The position numbers and the translations under genes were made by a program. A stretch of 64,000 nucleotides of DNA from Marsupella aquatica (Eukaryota; Plantae; Marchantiophyta), in assembly GCA_973895155.1 (NCBI GenBank), contig OZ316897.1, positions 5,349,976 through 5,413,975 of the forward strand, in the 5' to 3' direction. The notes beneath the pieces are model-generated. The model was not told the origin of the DNA, searched no databases, and saw only the letters and a program-made list of their open reading frames with translations. Positions 50,047 through 62,520 of the stretch are shown here, piece by piece (position 1 is the stretch's first letter; every line of letters begins with the position of its first letter).

Positions 50047-50901
50047 CAATGTCATGCCATTATTTGTTCGTAGTGTGAGTCATGTTATGTAGATTTTAGA
50101 TGTCAAGAAGGAGTACAAGAATCATGTCCTCTTGGAGATTCATAGTATCATGCATGTGCTTTCAGTTATCTCATCATGCAGTCATCAATTATGAGTTCCT
50201 GTTTTGTCTGAATTATAGTGATCACATTGTAAACTATTCCATTGGAATTCAAATGATCTACATTTTTGAGCAAGATTGTGATTCTGTTTAATTCTTATTC
50301 ATGTTTTGTGTAGGATCTCCTTATATGATGTTTTGTTTCATGTGAATGTCATTCATGCTATGTTCATTTCTTGTATTCAATGTGTTATATTTCTAAAGTT
50401 AGAACATCAGGTTTCTATGTATTGTAATGTGGAGTGCTCTCTCTCCTTATGAACTGTACCTTTGTGTTCATTAGTCATGGTTACAACTTGCATGTGAACC
50501 TTATTAGTTATAAACATGAGTATATAGAGTCCCAAATGGTTCTGTTGTGTGACCCGGGCCAGGGTCTCCATTGGTCTCTCCTGTGACACTAAATGGTCAC
50601 ACGCTAGTCGTTGTTGAATGCAGGTAAGTCATGTATGTGACTTACCATGTGACTCGTTACAGTCATATTGCAGTCACGTAGAAACAAGGCTAGACTCCAC
50701 AATAAAGTCACAGATCAGTCACAAAAGGGTATCAAGCAAGTCACAAAGCCCAGTATCAATAGTGACTTCCATTTTTTGGTCTCAACTTTTGCAACTCCAA
50801 GGGTCACAGCGTGGGTCAAGTCACGTTGAGTCACAATGAAGTCACATGAGCCAAAATGAGTCACATATTGCGGTCTCAATTCACCTCGGATTCTTCTAGT
50901 G

Positions 50902-51364
50902 ATTTTGAAGTTGTGTTATTAATAGTGTTTTGTTAGTGATAAGAGAAAGCTTAGACATTGAGTTGGTCACAAGCTAGAGATGTGTGGTTGAAGATCTTGG
51001 GCAGGAGCTTGAGGCGAGTCAAGACTCATCGGTTAGACTTGGGGATGAAAGAAGTTTAAGTGAGTACTAAGGTCATTGATTAGGGTAGAGAAGGAAGATG
51101 GTTCATAGGTGACAGTTATGGATATTTGGGTTTTATGGAAGAAGGATGAGAGTTGAGAGTATGTGAGTACGTTGAAGGTAGTTTCAAGCAGAATCTATAT
51201 TTCTGGTGGCGGAAACCAAACTACCTATGAGTGTGAGTATTTTGACATGATAGCAATAAATGCCCAAGGAGGACCCCCCAATAGGACCTGGTTGACATTA
51301 AAGGACAGTATTATAAGATATTTAGTGGTAAATAACTCATTAGTTCTCATGCAAACTGTTGACA
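50902..51364 (+). repeat. 5' LTR (3' portion only)
   Basis: Matches 58342-58799 with roughly 9 substitutions and one small indel (manual count). Confidence 0.93.
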
Positions 51365-51383
51365 TAGAGTTGTGGCTTGTTTT

Positions 51384-51401
51384 TGGCGCCGCTGCCAGGG
51401 A
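51384..51401 (+). promoter_or_regulatory. Primer binding site (tRNA-Asp-like)
   Basis: TGGCGCCGCTGCCAGGGA versus the Athila-type TGGCGCCGTTGCCGGGGA. Confidence 0.75.
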
Positions 51402-51679
51402 CCTCTAAGATAGACCAAGGTAGGTTGCTTGGTGGTGGGGCAACTAACTTGGAAGTATTGCTATGATTGTTAGAGAGGGGAATGCCACGCACTAGAAGTC
51501 AGAGTGCAAGAGAAGAAGAGCTGCATCCTACTTTGGAGGAAGAGCTACTACAGATCCAACAACAAGTGGAGGAGGAATTCAGAGATCAACATTAGGAGAA
51601 GAGCACACCACAAGGGAGTAGTGAAGACTCATTTTCTGAGGAGGAAGAAGGATTTGGGGGAGGTCTTGCAGCCCTGGTT

Positions 51680-53489
51680 ATGGCAAACCCAAATCTACAA
51701 AATGTTGCTCAAAGGGCCAGATTCTAGTATAAGACTTTTTATGGGAAGCCCAAGGAGGACCCTGATGTGTGGTTGGAGGATTTTGTTGGTACTGCTCAAG
51801 CCAATGGAGAAGGTGGGATCATGTTGACAACTTTGGCAGGGGTGTTAAGAGGAGAATCAAGGCCATGGTTTAATTCTCTCCCTATTAACACCTGTCATGA
51901 TTGGGATGCCTTTAAGGTGGCCTTTTTGCAGGAGTTCAAAAAGGTGGGAGAAGAATCTGAAGCCCTGATTCGGATTGGGCAGATGAGGATGGGTACCAAG
52001 GAGTCAGTACGGACTTGGTTCTTGCAAAGATTTCAGCGATTGGCCAAGAAGATTGAACCAGCAGCAGCAAACAACATGCTCATGTCCTGGTTTGTTTCAG
52101 CACTACCAAAGAAGATGGGGGTCTCTGTGAGACAAGCTCACCCAACTACTTTGGATAGTGTAGTGGAGGCAGCTCAGTCCTATCGAAGTGCTGACATTTC
52201 AAGTTCCAAGAGTCGGAAGAAGAAGATGAGATATGACTCTTCAATTTCATCGGAGAGCTCTAGTGATGATTCAAGTTCAAAAGGAGGAGTCATCTGATTC
52301 AAATTCAGAGTCTGAATCTACTTCTACCTCAGATTCAGAGGAGGATGAGAAGAGGAAGAAAAAGAAAAAGAAGGCAAAGAAAAAGAAAAAGAAGAGGTCA
52401 ACAAGCAAGAGTGGCAAGAACTACAAGAAGGTGACCCCGGTCAATCTGAAGGTGGGAGTTGCACCAACAGCCAAGGACAAGGGCATGGATGCAAAGATGG
52501 AGGAGATAACTAGTCAATTCAAGGCCTTGTCTGTTCATTTTGCAAGGTTGCAACCGGATAGGAGGAAGGTGCCATTGAATCGTTCTCATGTGTGGTGTGT
52601 AAGGTGTAGGCGGTTTGGTCACATTCCAACTGAATGTCCCAATTGACCGGCTCAAGTGCAATATGTGAGTGAGGAGATACCTGATCACCAGCAAGGGCTT
52701 CAAGGAGGGAATCAAGTGAACACTATGGAGTACTTCTATGAAGATGCACCAGAGAATGTGTACCAGATTTCAGTGGGACCAAGGACATTGCAAGGGAGAC
52801 CTATGCAACCCATGGCACCACAACTCATGCCAGGGTTGCAGCCTAGACCTATGGAGCAAATGGGAGGTGGAGGAGCATCCATGATGCCAAGAACTGCAGT
52901 TGTCATTTGTTGGAACTGTGTTAAACCAGGCCACTATTCAAACAATTATCCAGAGCAAAAGAAGCAAGGGTATGGGATACCGCCTCTACTTTGTGGTATG
53001 TGTAAAAGAGAGGGTCACACAACTGCAAACTGTCCTATTGGAGCTGGAACAAGAGTGATGGTAGGAAGACCAGAAGTGGTAGCACCTATAGTAGCTCAAG
53101 CACCTGGAGAAACCGCTTTGAATTACTTGAGTATGGAATGGCAAGAGAAAGGAGAGGTGGAGGATGACCCAGGTTGGGAATACCAAGATGAGATGGCTGA
53201 TTTGGAGACCCCTGAAGATGAGGAGAAATGTTATAAGGTGTCTACCAGGTCAACAAGGAGGAAGGACCGTCAAATAGAGAAAGAGCACAACAAAAAGGTC
53301 AGGAAGGAGAAAGCAACATCTGAGGTGGCATCAGGAGTTCCACCAGAGCAAGATAGTGACTATAGGAGGGACCACCCCAAGCTCTTTTACCCCAAGGTAA
53401 ATGAGGAGGTGAAGAAACAATTGGAGGAGTTGAAGGCCCAAGAGCATCAAAAGGCTCTTGATAAGGATTTGAAGGAAGCAAGCTTTTGA
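51680..53489 (+). pseudogene. gag: Gypsy gag
   Basis: EDPDVWLEDF, LRGESRPWF, WFVSALP, zinc knuckles CVRCRRFGHIPTEC and CGMCKREGHTTANC; frameshifts. Confidence 0.85.
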
Positions 53490-53579
53490 AGACAAAGGAG
53501 GATGGGAAGAACAAGAGAGAGGAGGAACAAGTTGTGACAAAGTTACCATATGACATCAAAAAGGATGTAAAAGAATGCC

Positions 53580-56500
53580 TTGTTACAGCCACTATTGGGC
53601 AGCTCATCAAGGACAATCCTTTGTATAGGAAGAGAGATGTTAGTTGGTAAGAAGAGGAGGAGGTTGCCAAAGGTGGGAACTCCAGCTGATGTGATGATGA
53701 TATGTGAAGACCAGGGGGCACCAGAAATTGACATTCAAATAAGTGGGTGTGTGCTCTCATATGTCCTAGTTGATGGAGGCTCAAGAGTCAACATTATGAT
53801 TGAGGCAACAACACAACAACTTGGCTTCAAGAAACTCCAGCACACAGCCAGGACGATGAGGTTAGCCAATGGAGCAAGGGTGCTGCAAGTGGGGACCCTC
53901 ACCAAGGTACCAACACTTATTGGAGGTAAAGAATTCTTACTGAATTATTTGGTGATGAGGCCACCTAGGACTTCTACCTACCCAGTCTTGATTGGTAGAT
54001 CATGGCTTTATGGAGCCAAGGTGACTTCTGATTGGGGAAGAAAAGAATTTAGATTTGGAAAGCCATCTATTTCAGTACCTTGAGGTCAAGATGAGCATGA
54101 GGGAGAGACTACTCCAGAAAAAGAGGAGTATGATTCTGAGATTACCACCGACTTAGAATCAGATGAAGATGAAGTTTTTATGCTGGATTTTGTGAGTAGA
54201 TTGACTGAAGAAAAAGTGTTTGGAGAGGAAAATACCATTGTCAACCAAGAGGGAAGTCTAACCAAAGAGGGGTTTGCAAAAGAAAATAGTGAGCTTGAGA
54301 ACTCTACATTAAAGGAGGCCAAGGCCAAAACTGACCTAGAGGAAAAGCTTACAAGTCAAGACCAGACCAGTAAAGAGAAGAATCCAATCAGGGATACACC
54401 TTTGAAGAAAGTGGAGGAACCTTGGAAGGGAGGCTTGAGGCTAGCACAATTGGAGGAGGCATTAGATCCAACCTTGAGGAACCGCATGGAGGTGATCAGA
54501 TCCGAGCAATACAGGAAAATTTCAGTGAAGGAGGGTAAGGACTTTAATTTGGGGTATGCTCTCAGCCCACCTGAAGAGAAGACCATTCAAAATCTACTAG
54601 CTGACTATGTAGATATCTTTGCATGGAGTCATATTGATCTCACTGGAGTTAACCCTGAACTAGGAAAGCATAGGATTGATTTGATGTTGGGAGCCAGACC
54701 AGTTCGCCAAAGGCAATATAGAATGAATCCAAAATATTCATTGATGGTGAAAGATGAGATTGATAAATTATTGGAGGCTGGTTTCATATATCCTGTGCTT
54801 AATAGTGAATGGGTATCACATATAGTTGTTGTGGCAAAAAAGTCAGGATCTGATGGAAAACCAAAAATCAGAGTGTGTCAAGATTTTAGGAAGTTGAATG
54901 AGGCCACTAAGAAAGACCATTACCCTATCCCTTTTACCGACATGGTACTGGACATAGTAGGTGGATGGGAGATCTATAGTTTCTTGGATGGCTATTCAGG
55001 TTACAACCAGATATGGATAAGGAAGGAAGACCAGCTCAAGACCGCCTTCACCACGGAATGGGGAGTATTTGCCTTTAGGAGGATGCCCTTTGGTCTATGC
55101 AATGCACCAAGCATGTTCCAACGTTTGATGATGAACATTTTTCATGACTTTCTAAGGGATTTCTTGGAAATTTTCATTGATGACTTTGCGGTGTATAGGA
55201 AAAAGGAGGATCATGTAGACAACCTAAGAAAGACATTTCAGAGGTGTCGTGAGACTGGTCTGAAGTTACACCCAGGCAAGTGTTACTTTGGAGTCAAAGA
55301 GGGTATTCTGCTTTGCCACGAGGTGTCCAAGAAGGGGATTGAAGTGGACCAGGAGAAGGTTGGTGTATGGCTAAGAGTTATGTTCCCTACTACCGTGACT
55401 GAGGTAAGAGGCTTTCTTGGCTGTGTGAACTACTATAGGAGGTTCATCAAAGACTTTGCAAAGGTAGCCCTACCCTTGACTACAATGTTAAAGAGAGGAT
55501 CAGAGTTTGAGCCTACTGTTGAGAGAATGGCTAGTTTCAAAGAGTTGAAAAAAATATTATCAGAAACACCCATTCTTAGCTCACCTGATTGGAGTAAAGA
55601 GTTTTATGTATATGTGGATGTCTCTGGTTTTTGTATTGGTGTTGTATTAAGCCAATTAGATGACCAGGGAAGAGACCATCCAATTTACTTTGCAAGTAGA
55701 CTCCTAGCACCAGCAGAGAAAAACTACTCACCTACTGATAGGGAAGCTCTAGGTATCATCTACTCATGCAAGAAGTTTAGGCACTATTTATTGGGTTACA
55801 AAGTCATCTTCCATACTGATCACAATGCTTTGAAGTATATGGTGAACAAGGCTGATGTAACCGGTAGGGTAGCAAGGTGGGTCTTGTTTTTACAAGAGTT
55901 TGATTATGAAGTAAGAGTTAGACCTGGAAAGAGTCATGGCAATGCTGATTTTTTCTCAAGGATTGATGGGCCAACAGACCAGGCTGAGGTGGATGATCAA
56001 TTCCCTGATGAGGACCTGTTCCAAGTAAAGATTGAGGATGACACATGGTACTTGGAAATCATCAACTTTCTTCAAACCGCCAGGGTACCAAGAGAGATGG
56101 TGAAAGAAGCTGCTGATGTATTGTTGAGGAAGGTCAGGCCATACATATTGGTAAAAGGTGCTTTACACAAGAAGGGCGTAGATGGAAGGCTAAGGAGGTG
56201 TCTGGAGAAAAACAAATTCATGTGGTGATGAGAGCTCTACATGAAGAGGAGGCTGGTGGACACTATGCATCGGCTACTACCTCTAGGAAAATTCTAGATG
56301 CTGGATATTGGTGGCCAACACTCCACAAAGATGTACAAGGGTTTGTGAAGGGATGTGACCCTTGCTAACGGACAGGCCGACCTGCCATGACAAGTAACCA
56401 TCATCTCACTCCTATTTTACCTTTAGCGCCCTTTGAGAAGTGGGGTATTGATTTCATTGGACCCATTACACCTGTGACCAGGAGGAAGAACAGGTATATC

Positions 56501-57285
56501 ATCTTGGCTACTGACTATGCTACTAAGTGGGTGGAGGCTAGAGCTATAGTCAAGAATGATGCAAGGACAGCAGCCAGGTTTATGTATGAACAACTTTTCA
56601 CAAGGTTTGGCTCATCCTTAGAGTTGGTGAGTGATAGGGGAGCTCATTTCTTGAATGAGATGGTGGAAGAACTCACTAATAACTACTTAGTGAAACACCA
56701 CAAGACCACACCCTATCACCCTAAAGCAAATGGTCTCACAGAGAGGGCTAATGGCATCATTGACAGGATTTTAAACAAAACCGTTGCAGCTCATAAGACA
56801 GATTGGGATTACAAGCTTCATTCAGCGGTGTATGCCTATAATTTGGCATTCAAAACTACAACAGGCCATAGTCCCTATTACTTGGTTTTTGGGTAGCATT
56901 CATTGGTACCGGTGGAGTTTGAGGTGCCAACCTTAAGGGTGACGATAGAGGAGCGCATGGAGGAAGATAAAAGTTTGATGGAGAGAGCTTATCAGTTGGA
57001 GGCATTGGAGGAGACAGAGAAGAGGCCAACAAGAACTTAAAGCACAGGCAAGGGTTAACCAAGATATACCATGACAACAAATTGCGACCAATCAATTTTT
57101 GTGCAGGTGACATGGTGTTGTTGTATAACAGCAGGTTTGCCCACTTTCCAGGCAAGCTTCACACCAGGTGGTTGGGACCTTATATTGTTCAAACTTTGCA
57201 TGCCAATGGGTCTGTAGAGGTTGCTACCTTGATTGGAGAAGTGTTCCGCGTGCGGTTGCACTATGATCGATTGAAAATATCATAA
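53580..57285 (+). pseudogene. pol: Gypsy pol (protease, RT, RNase H, integrase with GPY motif)
   Basis: VLVDGGS; DFRKLN, MPFGLCNA, FIDDF; VDVSG, TDH; WGIDFIGP, SDRG, HPKANGLTER; KLHTRWLGPY; stops and frameshifts. Confidence 0.93.
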
Positions 57286-57322
57286 TCAAGAGTTCTAGTG
57301 TTTGCGGGGACGCTTCACACTT

Positions 57323-57335
57323 AAGAGGGGGGCTA
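57323..57335 (+). promoter_or_regulatory. Polypurine tract
   Basis: AAGAGGGGGGCTA immediately before the TG start of the 3' LTR. Confidence 0.8.
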
Positions 57336-58799
57336 TGTGAGACCTCTAAAAAACCAAAAAACAATAAATTTATAGTAGTGGAGTGCTTTCTCCCTTAGTC
57401 CAAGGTGGATAAAAAGTTAAAATAGTAGTTAGAGAAGGTTTATATGGCCTCTTATGAGTTTTTGGACTTAAAAAATATATTTTTGAAATGATGACACCAT
57501 TTCAGAAATCCTTTGACCCAAAACTAGACCTTACTTGGGCAAGAAAAAAATAATAATTTGGCTTAGGGTTGAGGAGTTATAGCTATAAATAAATTTTGAT
57601 GCCAAAATATAGGGAAAATATCTTATAGCAATGGATAGGAAAATAATTCAAACCATTATATTTTCAGATTTCCAAGATATTAGAGAAAAGGTAAAAACAT
57701 GAAATTACCATAGTTAAAAGTTAACTAGGTAGGTAGGTGGCAAAAACTTCACCAATTGACCGAGCTACTTGGGTCCTTGGTTTTTGGTGGGCTATCTACT
57801 ACCTTGTCCTTGGTCCTTGGTGGGCTATCTACTACATTGTCCTTGGTCCTTGGTGGGCTATCTACTACCTGGTCGTTGGTCTTTGGTGGGCTATCTACTA
57901 CTTGGGTCCTTGGTCTTTGGTGGGCTATCTACTACTTGGTCCTCGGTCTTTGGTGAGCTATCTACTAGCTGGTCCTTGGTCTTTGGTCTTTGTGGACTTG
58001 GGCCTTGGTGCACACCACTATTTTGGACTTTGTGGGGTAGTAGCCTAGTAAGAATTGTATAAGAAGTGAAGTTTTCCTTGAGGCCAATGGCCATTCTTCC
58101 ATTGTGTTCTTGCACATACTTGCTCTAGCTTGAGGAGTAGTGCTTGGATGGGGAGTTTGTGCCATGTATGAACCTCATTGTGTGTGTAGTAAAATGCTTT
58201 TACTTTGAAACCACACCTTGATGTGTACATGCACCTATGTTGAAGGAAGCTAGGTTGTTGATTGTGCTCCAATGGAGAAGTGGATGAAGATCTAAGGCCT
58301 TGGTATTTGTTATGTTGAAGTTGAGAGGTGGAAGATTGTGCATTTTGAAGTTGTGTTATTAATAGTGTTTTGTTAGTGATAAGAGAAAGCTTAGACATTG
58401 AGTTGGTCACAAGCTAGAGATGTGTGGTTGAAGATCTTGGGCAGGAGCTTGAGGCGAGTCAAGACTCGTCGGTTAGACTTGGGGATGAAAGAAGTTTAAG
58501 TGAGTACTAAGGTCATTGATTAGGGTAGAGAAGGAAGATAGTTCATAGATGACAGCTATGAATATTTGGGTTTCATGGGAGAAGGATGAGAGTTGAGAGT
58601 GTGTGGTTGAAGGTAGTTTCAAGCAGAATCTATATTTCTGGTGGCGGAAACCAAACTACCTATGAGTGTGAGTATTTTGACATGATAGCAATAAATGCCC
58701 AAGGAGGACCCCCCAATAGGACCTGGTTGACATTAAAGGACAGTATTATAAGATATTTAGTGGTAAATAACTCATTAGTTCTCATGCAAGCTGTTGACA
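57336..58799 (+). repeat. 3' LTR (~1.46 kb, TG...CA)
   Basis: Starts TGTGAGACC after the PPT and ends GTTGACA; contains ~30-bp tandem repeats GGTCCTTGGTCTTTGGTGGGCTATCTACTA at ~57765-57990. Confidence 0.9.
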
Positions 58800-59024
58800 A
58801 TCCATCCCACTAAATTGTGGGGTGAGACAAGGTTGCCCCCTCTCATCTCTTCTTTTTACTCTGACCACTCAACCTCTGATGTCGTTGCTTCGACACAAAC
58901 TCGATGATGGATGCCTGCAAGGAATGAGATTGCAAGACGGGAGCAGCCTGTGCCATCAGCTCTTTGCAGACAATACTGGCCTTTTCCTGGAGGCCACTGA
59001 GGAGGAATTCAACACGGCAAGATT
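58800..59024 (+). pseudogene. LINE reverse transcriptase fragment (insertion target of the Gypsy)
   Basis: GVRQGCPLSSLLF...HQLFADNT (FADD-like). Confidence 0.85.
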
Positions 59025-61143
59025 GGGGCACTAGCCAGGCCTTGCCACAGATAGCAGCACAATTGGTACATGATGCATGGCATTGTCGTTGGGAAAAATG
59101 TTTGACGATTGAAGTGGAGTGTGCTGGATCTAGTCGACTTGCTTTTGTCCGGCTCGAAATGATTAAGTTCTCTGTTTGTGAAGGAGAGAAAAATAGAGCA
59201 AACTGAACTTTAAAAGAAAAATAATGGGACAAAAGAGGAATAAAAGGGCGAAAGTTGGAGCTTAGGCATAAGGATTTTGAGGCATTTAATGTGGTGGTGA
59301 CACGTGGTGGCCTAGGAGGATTCGAATTTGATAAGGACATAATGTCATTGCGGTTGAGAGTGGAGGTTAGAGAGGGAATCGGAAGCCATGCACGCATTGT
59401 AGGTTCGAGTGGAGAAAAAGAGGAAGGAAGCCGAGTGTGTTTTTTTTGTTTGTGTGTGGAGGTCTGAAGAATTTTTTTTGGAGTGGCGGAGGCATGGTGG
59501 TCGTTATTTGTCTGGTTGCGACTGCAAGCAAGACGAAACAACTGGCATGACCGTGAGGGAATTCGAATTTGAACGAGAGGACGATCAAGAAAAGAAAAGC
59601 AATATCAAGAGAACCAGAGAACTTGGAGAGCAATGAACGAGAAATGCGCGAGAACAGTTGCTTAAAGTTGAGGATGCCTGATTGGATTCTAGTAGTGCTT
59701 GGTGAAAAGTCAGACGAGCGACAAGCAAGAAGAAAGCCAAAGTTTTTGAAGTAAACAATAAGCATTCAAGAGTGCAGGACTGAAGAACGAAAAAGCTACT
59801 GACAGCTTAAGACAAACGGGAGGGTTGAATTCCGGTGTTAATTGTATTGTTTTGTTGAACGCTCATCAGACAGCCTTCAGTCGAGATTGATTGTGATGGG
59901 GAAACCTTCGTGAACGACACTGCGTTGCCACAGTTCGCTGAAACCCGACTTGGAATCACTGTCTGGTTTATTGGAACTCCGAAAAACAAAAGAAGTCTTT
60001 GATTTAAAGCTTGATTGACCAACTGGATGATTTTTCCTTGAGAAAGAAAACAAGTAGGAGTTCTACGAAAAATGCATGGCACTTGGACTGGTACTAGAAG
60101 ATGAGTGATAGGAACACAAAGAAAGGAAAGACCGAAGAGCAAGTGAACAGAGACCATCGAGAAGACACAAAGAAGGTTTAAGTCATACTTAAAATGAGAA
60201 GACCGGAAGGCTTACCAAAAAAAAGAAAAAAAAAGGAATGAAAGTACGAATGGATTGACAAGGAAGTTACTTGGTTCGAGAAGGTGAAGAGGAGTCTCTG
60301 AGCAAAACAAAGAAGGAAGTGAAATGATTGAGGGCAGGAATTAAGATTTAAATTTTTTGTCTCGGACCTAAAGAGAAGTGAGTTTATGATATTGATTAAG
60401 AGGTTCAGTTTAGAAGTGGATTACACCTGAATTTCTACATTTGAGATTTTGGAGGTTTGAAAGAAGCTACCAGTTGATATTGCTTCATTGTTTTACTGAG
60501 TGGAATCCAGTAATAGGTTCGATATTCAAACTAGGAACAGTACATTGTGGATTTTCCTTGGAGGAACTAGGAAGATAGACTTGGTAGAAAGGATTTTGAA
60601 GGCATGGGGTATGAAGACAGCGGACGCAAGTTCTTTTTGCTTTGGGATTGGAAGCTTGAGGATAGAAAGAAGAAGAGCCAAGAAGAGGAATATAAAAGAA
60701 GCGATGACGTGAAAGAAGCCCGGCGAAGGTTGAAATTGTGTCCAACATGTTTGGGAGAGACCATCGATGAACCTGAAGCCGTGAACTGACCTGATGAGCT
60801 GAGTTTAGTGAGGAAACCGAGTTAGGAGATGAGCCACCAAAGAACACCTTGTAAACCTGAACCAAACTTCATATTTTGAAAATGATTGAAATAAAAGGAT
60901 GACTTAAAATTATTTTATGTGATTGTAAAATGCCCTTGTGATAAAAGTGTTTAATTGTTATGGAAATGTGAGTGGTTCATTGAATTTAGATGAAAGTAGA
61001 AACTTAGTGTTTTAAGTTAAAATAGCTTAGTGTAATTTCATATTAAAAATGGAAATTGATTAGAATTAAGAAAGATTAAACTAACTTAAGAAAATACTAT
61101 GATAAATCCAAGTCCCTAAAAATACCGCTTTAAACTGGTCCCC
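59025..61143. other. Unclassified degenerate insert, possibly a DNA transposon remnant
   Basis: Separates the LINE fragment from the DNMT-Gypsy; GGGG...CCCC ends, AT-rich right end, decayed ORF fragments; no TSD found. Confidence 0.25.
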
Positions 61144-61218
61144 GGACAGCATCATGTTTTTACACAACAGCTAAGAGCAGAGCAGTCTCCTGCAGGTGGG
61201 CCGGTCACTCTTTCACCA

Positions 61219-62185
61219 TTGGATACCACTCCCATTGCATGGCAGTATCCACCGGAGGGTATTTTTTTGTTGAATTTTTTTGGTGGGATTAGCACTGGAT
61301 TGGCTGTTGTTCTTCAAGTAGGAATCCTAGTGTGTTGTTACTTGTATGTGGAGACAAATGAGACAACACGAAGGGTCTCATTGCGCCATGTGGCTATGTT
61401 GGTGGATTGTCATCCACAGTTATTGCCAGTGGATGTTGTTTGTGGCTATCAGCATGCATTGCCTGCTGATATTTCATTTTTGGGGGCGGATCATTTGGAT
61501 CGTGTTGGCCCCATTGATTTGGTGATTGCTGGTTGGCCATGTCAAGGCCAATCTAGAGCTAGAGTTGGACATGGACTTCATGATCCATGATTTGCATTAT
61601 TTTGGGAGATGTTATGGGTATTGCATCATCTTCAGTTGCATCAGACACAGTCTCCAGCTTACATTTTGGAGAATATGCCACCACTCTTGGGGGATCATTG
61701 TCAGCGGATTGTTGCCAGTGTTCATCAGGTGAGGTCTTGGATTGGACCTGCTGTGACATTATTGGATGCTGCACGTGTGGGTTCTCATGCACATTGTCCA
61801 CGCTTGTGGTGGACTAATTTGTTACTAGGTGAGGTGTTGAAGCAAGCATTTGACAACATTCCTTGCTCACCAACCTTGGTAGTGGATGATATTTTGGATT
61901 GAGGGCATCGTTCACAGGGTGTGACCCAGCTTGACAGATCTCCATTGGCCATGGTCAATGTGGTTGGGTGCCCACGTTGTGTATTACCCACTTTGTGAGC
62001 CACTCTACTTCATATGCTTTCAACGCATGTGGCCCTAGACTTGTGTGGGATACAGCTCTATGGCAATTAGTAGAGCCCACTGCTGACGAGAGAGAGCGGG
62101 CCATGGGATTCTCCACAGGTACAAGAGCAGTTGCATCTGTATCAGAGAGTTCACGCCGCTAGGTCCTTGGCCAAGCCATGGATTA
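61219..62185 (+). pseudogene. C5-cytosine DNA methyltransferase domain (DNMT3-like) embedded in Gypsy pol
   Basis: Motif I LLNFFGGI, IV IDLVIAGWPCQGQS, VI YILENMP, VIII HAHCPRLWWTN, IX ERERAMGF, X LGQAM; stops at 61588, 61900, 62160. Confidence 0.88.
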
Positions 62186-62520
62186 AAATTATGACTTGGA
62201 TTGTCAGCTTGTGAGTGGTTGAGCAGATTTGGATGCGCTCTGCTTTTGTTACAAATCGTCCGTTGGTGAGCTTGCAGCCTACTGAGACAGTCCATGGACC
62301 TATGGCAGGATTGGCCAAGCCTGGACAGATTGTTGAGCACGAAGGGACTGCTCAAACTATTGCTAAATAGCAATCATCGACTATCTCTTTTCTCCTACAA
62401 AAAGATATTAGGGATTTGGTGGAGAGTTGGGAGCCACAGATTGGTCCTAAGTTGACAGGGGAGGAGAGACGTTGCATGCATTGATTCCTAAAGAGTTATT
62501 GGAATTGTTTTGCATTTAGC

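Larger units (their letters stand above)
30823..50901 (+). mobile_element. CACTA/EnSpm DNA transposon (~20 kb) with captured cargo and nested inserts
   Basis: Termini CACTAGAAGAA (30823) and TTCTTCTAGTG (50891-50901), both with TGAGACC at the same offset; GTCACA-rich subterminal repeats 50540-50880; TnpD- and TnpA-like genes. Flanking 3-mers (GAG/ATT) do not match. Confidence 0.82.
50902..58799 (+). mobile_element. Ty3/Gypsy LTR retrotransposon (Athila/Phygy-like), near full length with 5' LTR truncated by the CACTA end
   Basis: LTR pair, tRNA-Asp-like PBS, gag-PR-RT-RH-IN, PPT; same lineage as the Gypsy at 4946-9159. Confidence 0.95.

Noticed and set aside
51163-51408. Duplicated ~80-aa ORF (also 58586-58813)
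   Set aside because: Lies within the LTRs; the duplication reflects LTR identity, not a gene
57737-58062. Hydrophobic repetitive ORFs (WWAIYY...), possible env-like gene
   Set aside because: Translation of ~30-bp tandem repeats inside the 3' LTR
1046-59024. LINE pieces at 1046-4940 and 58800-59024 as halves of one element
   Set aside because: Opposite strands and no junction or TSD evidence
59025-61143. Defined TIR element
   Set aside because: Only GGGG/CCCC match at the ends; no extended TIR or TSD, so left unclassified
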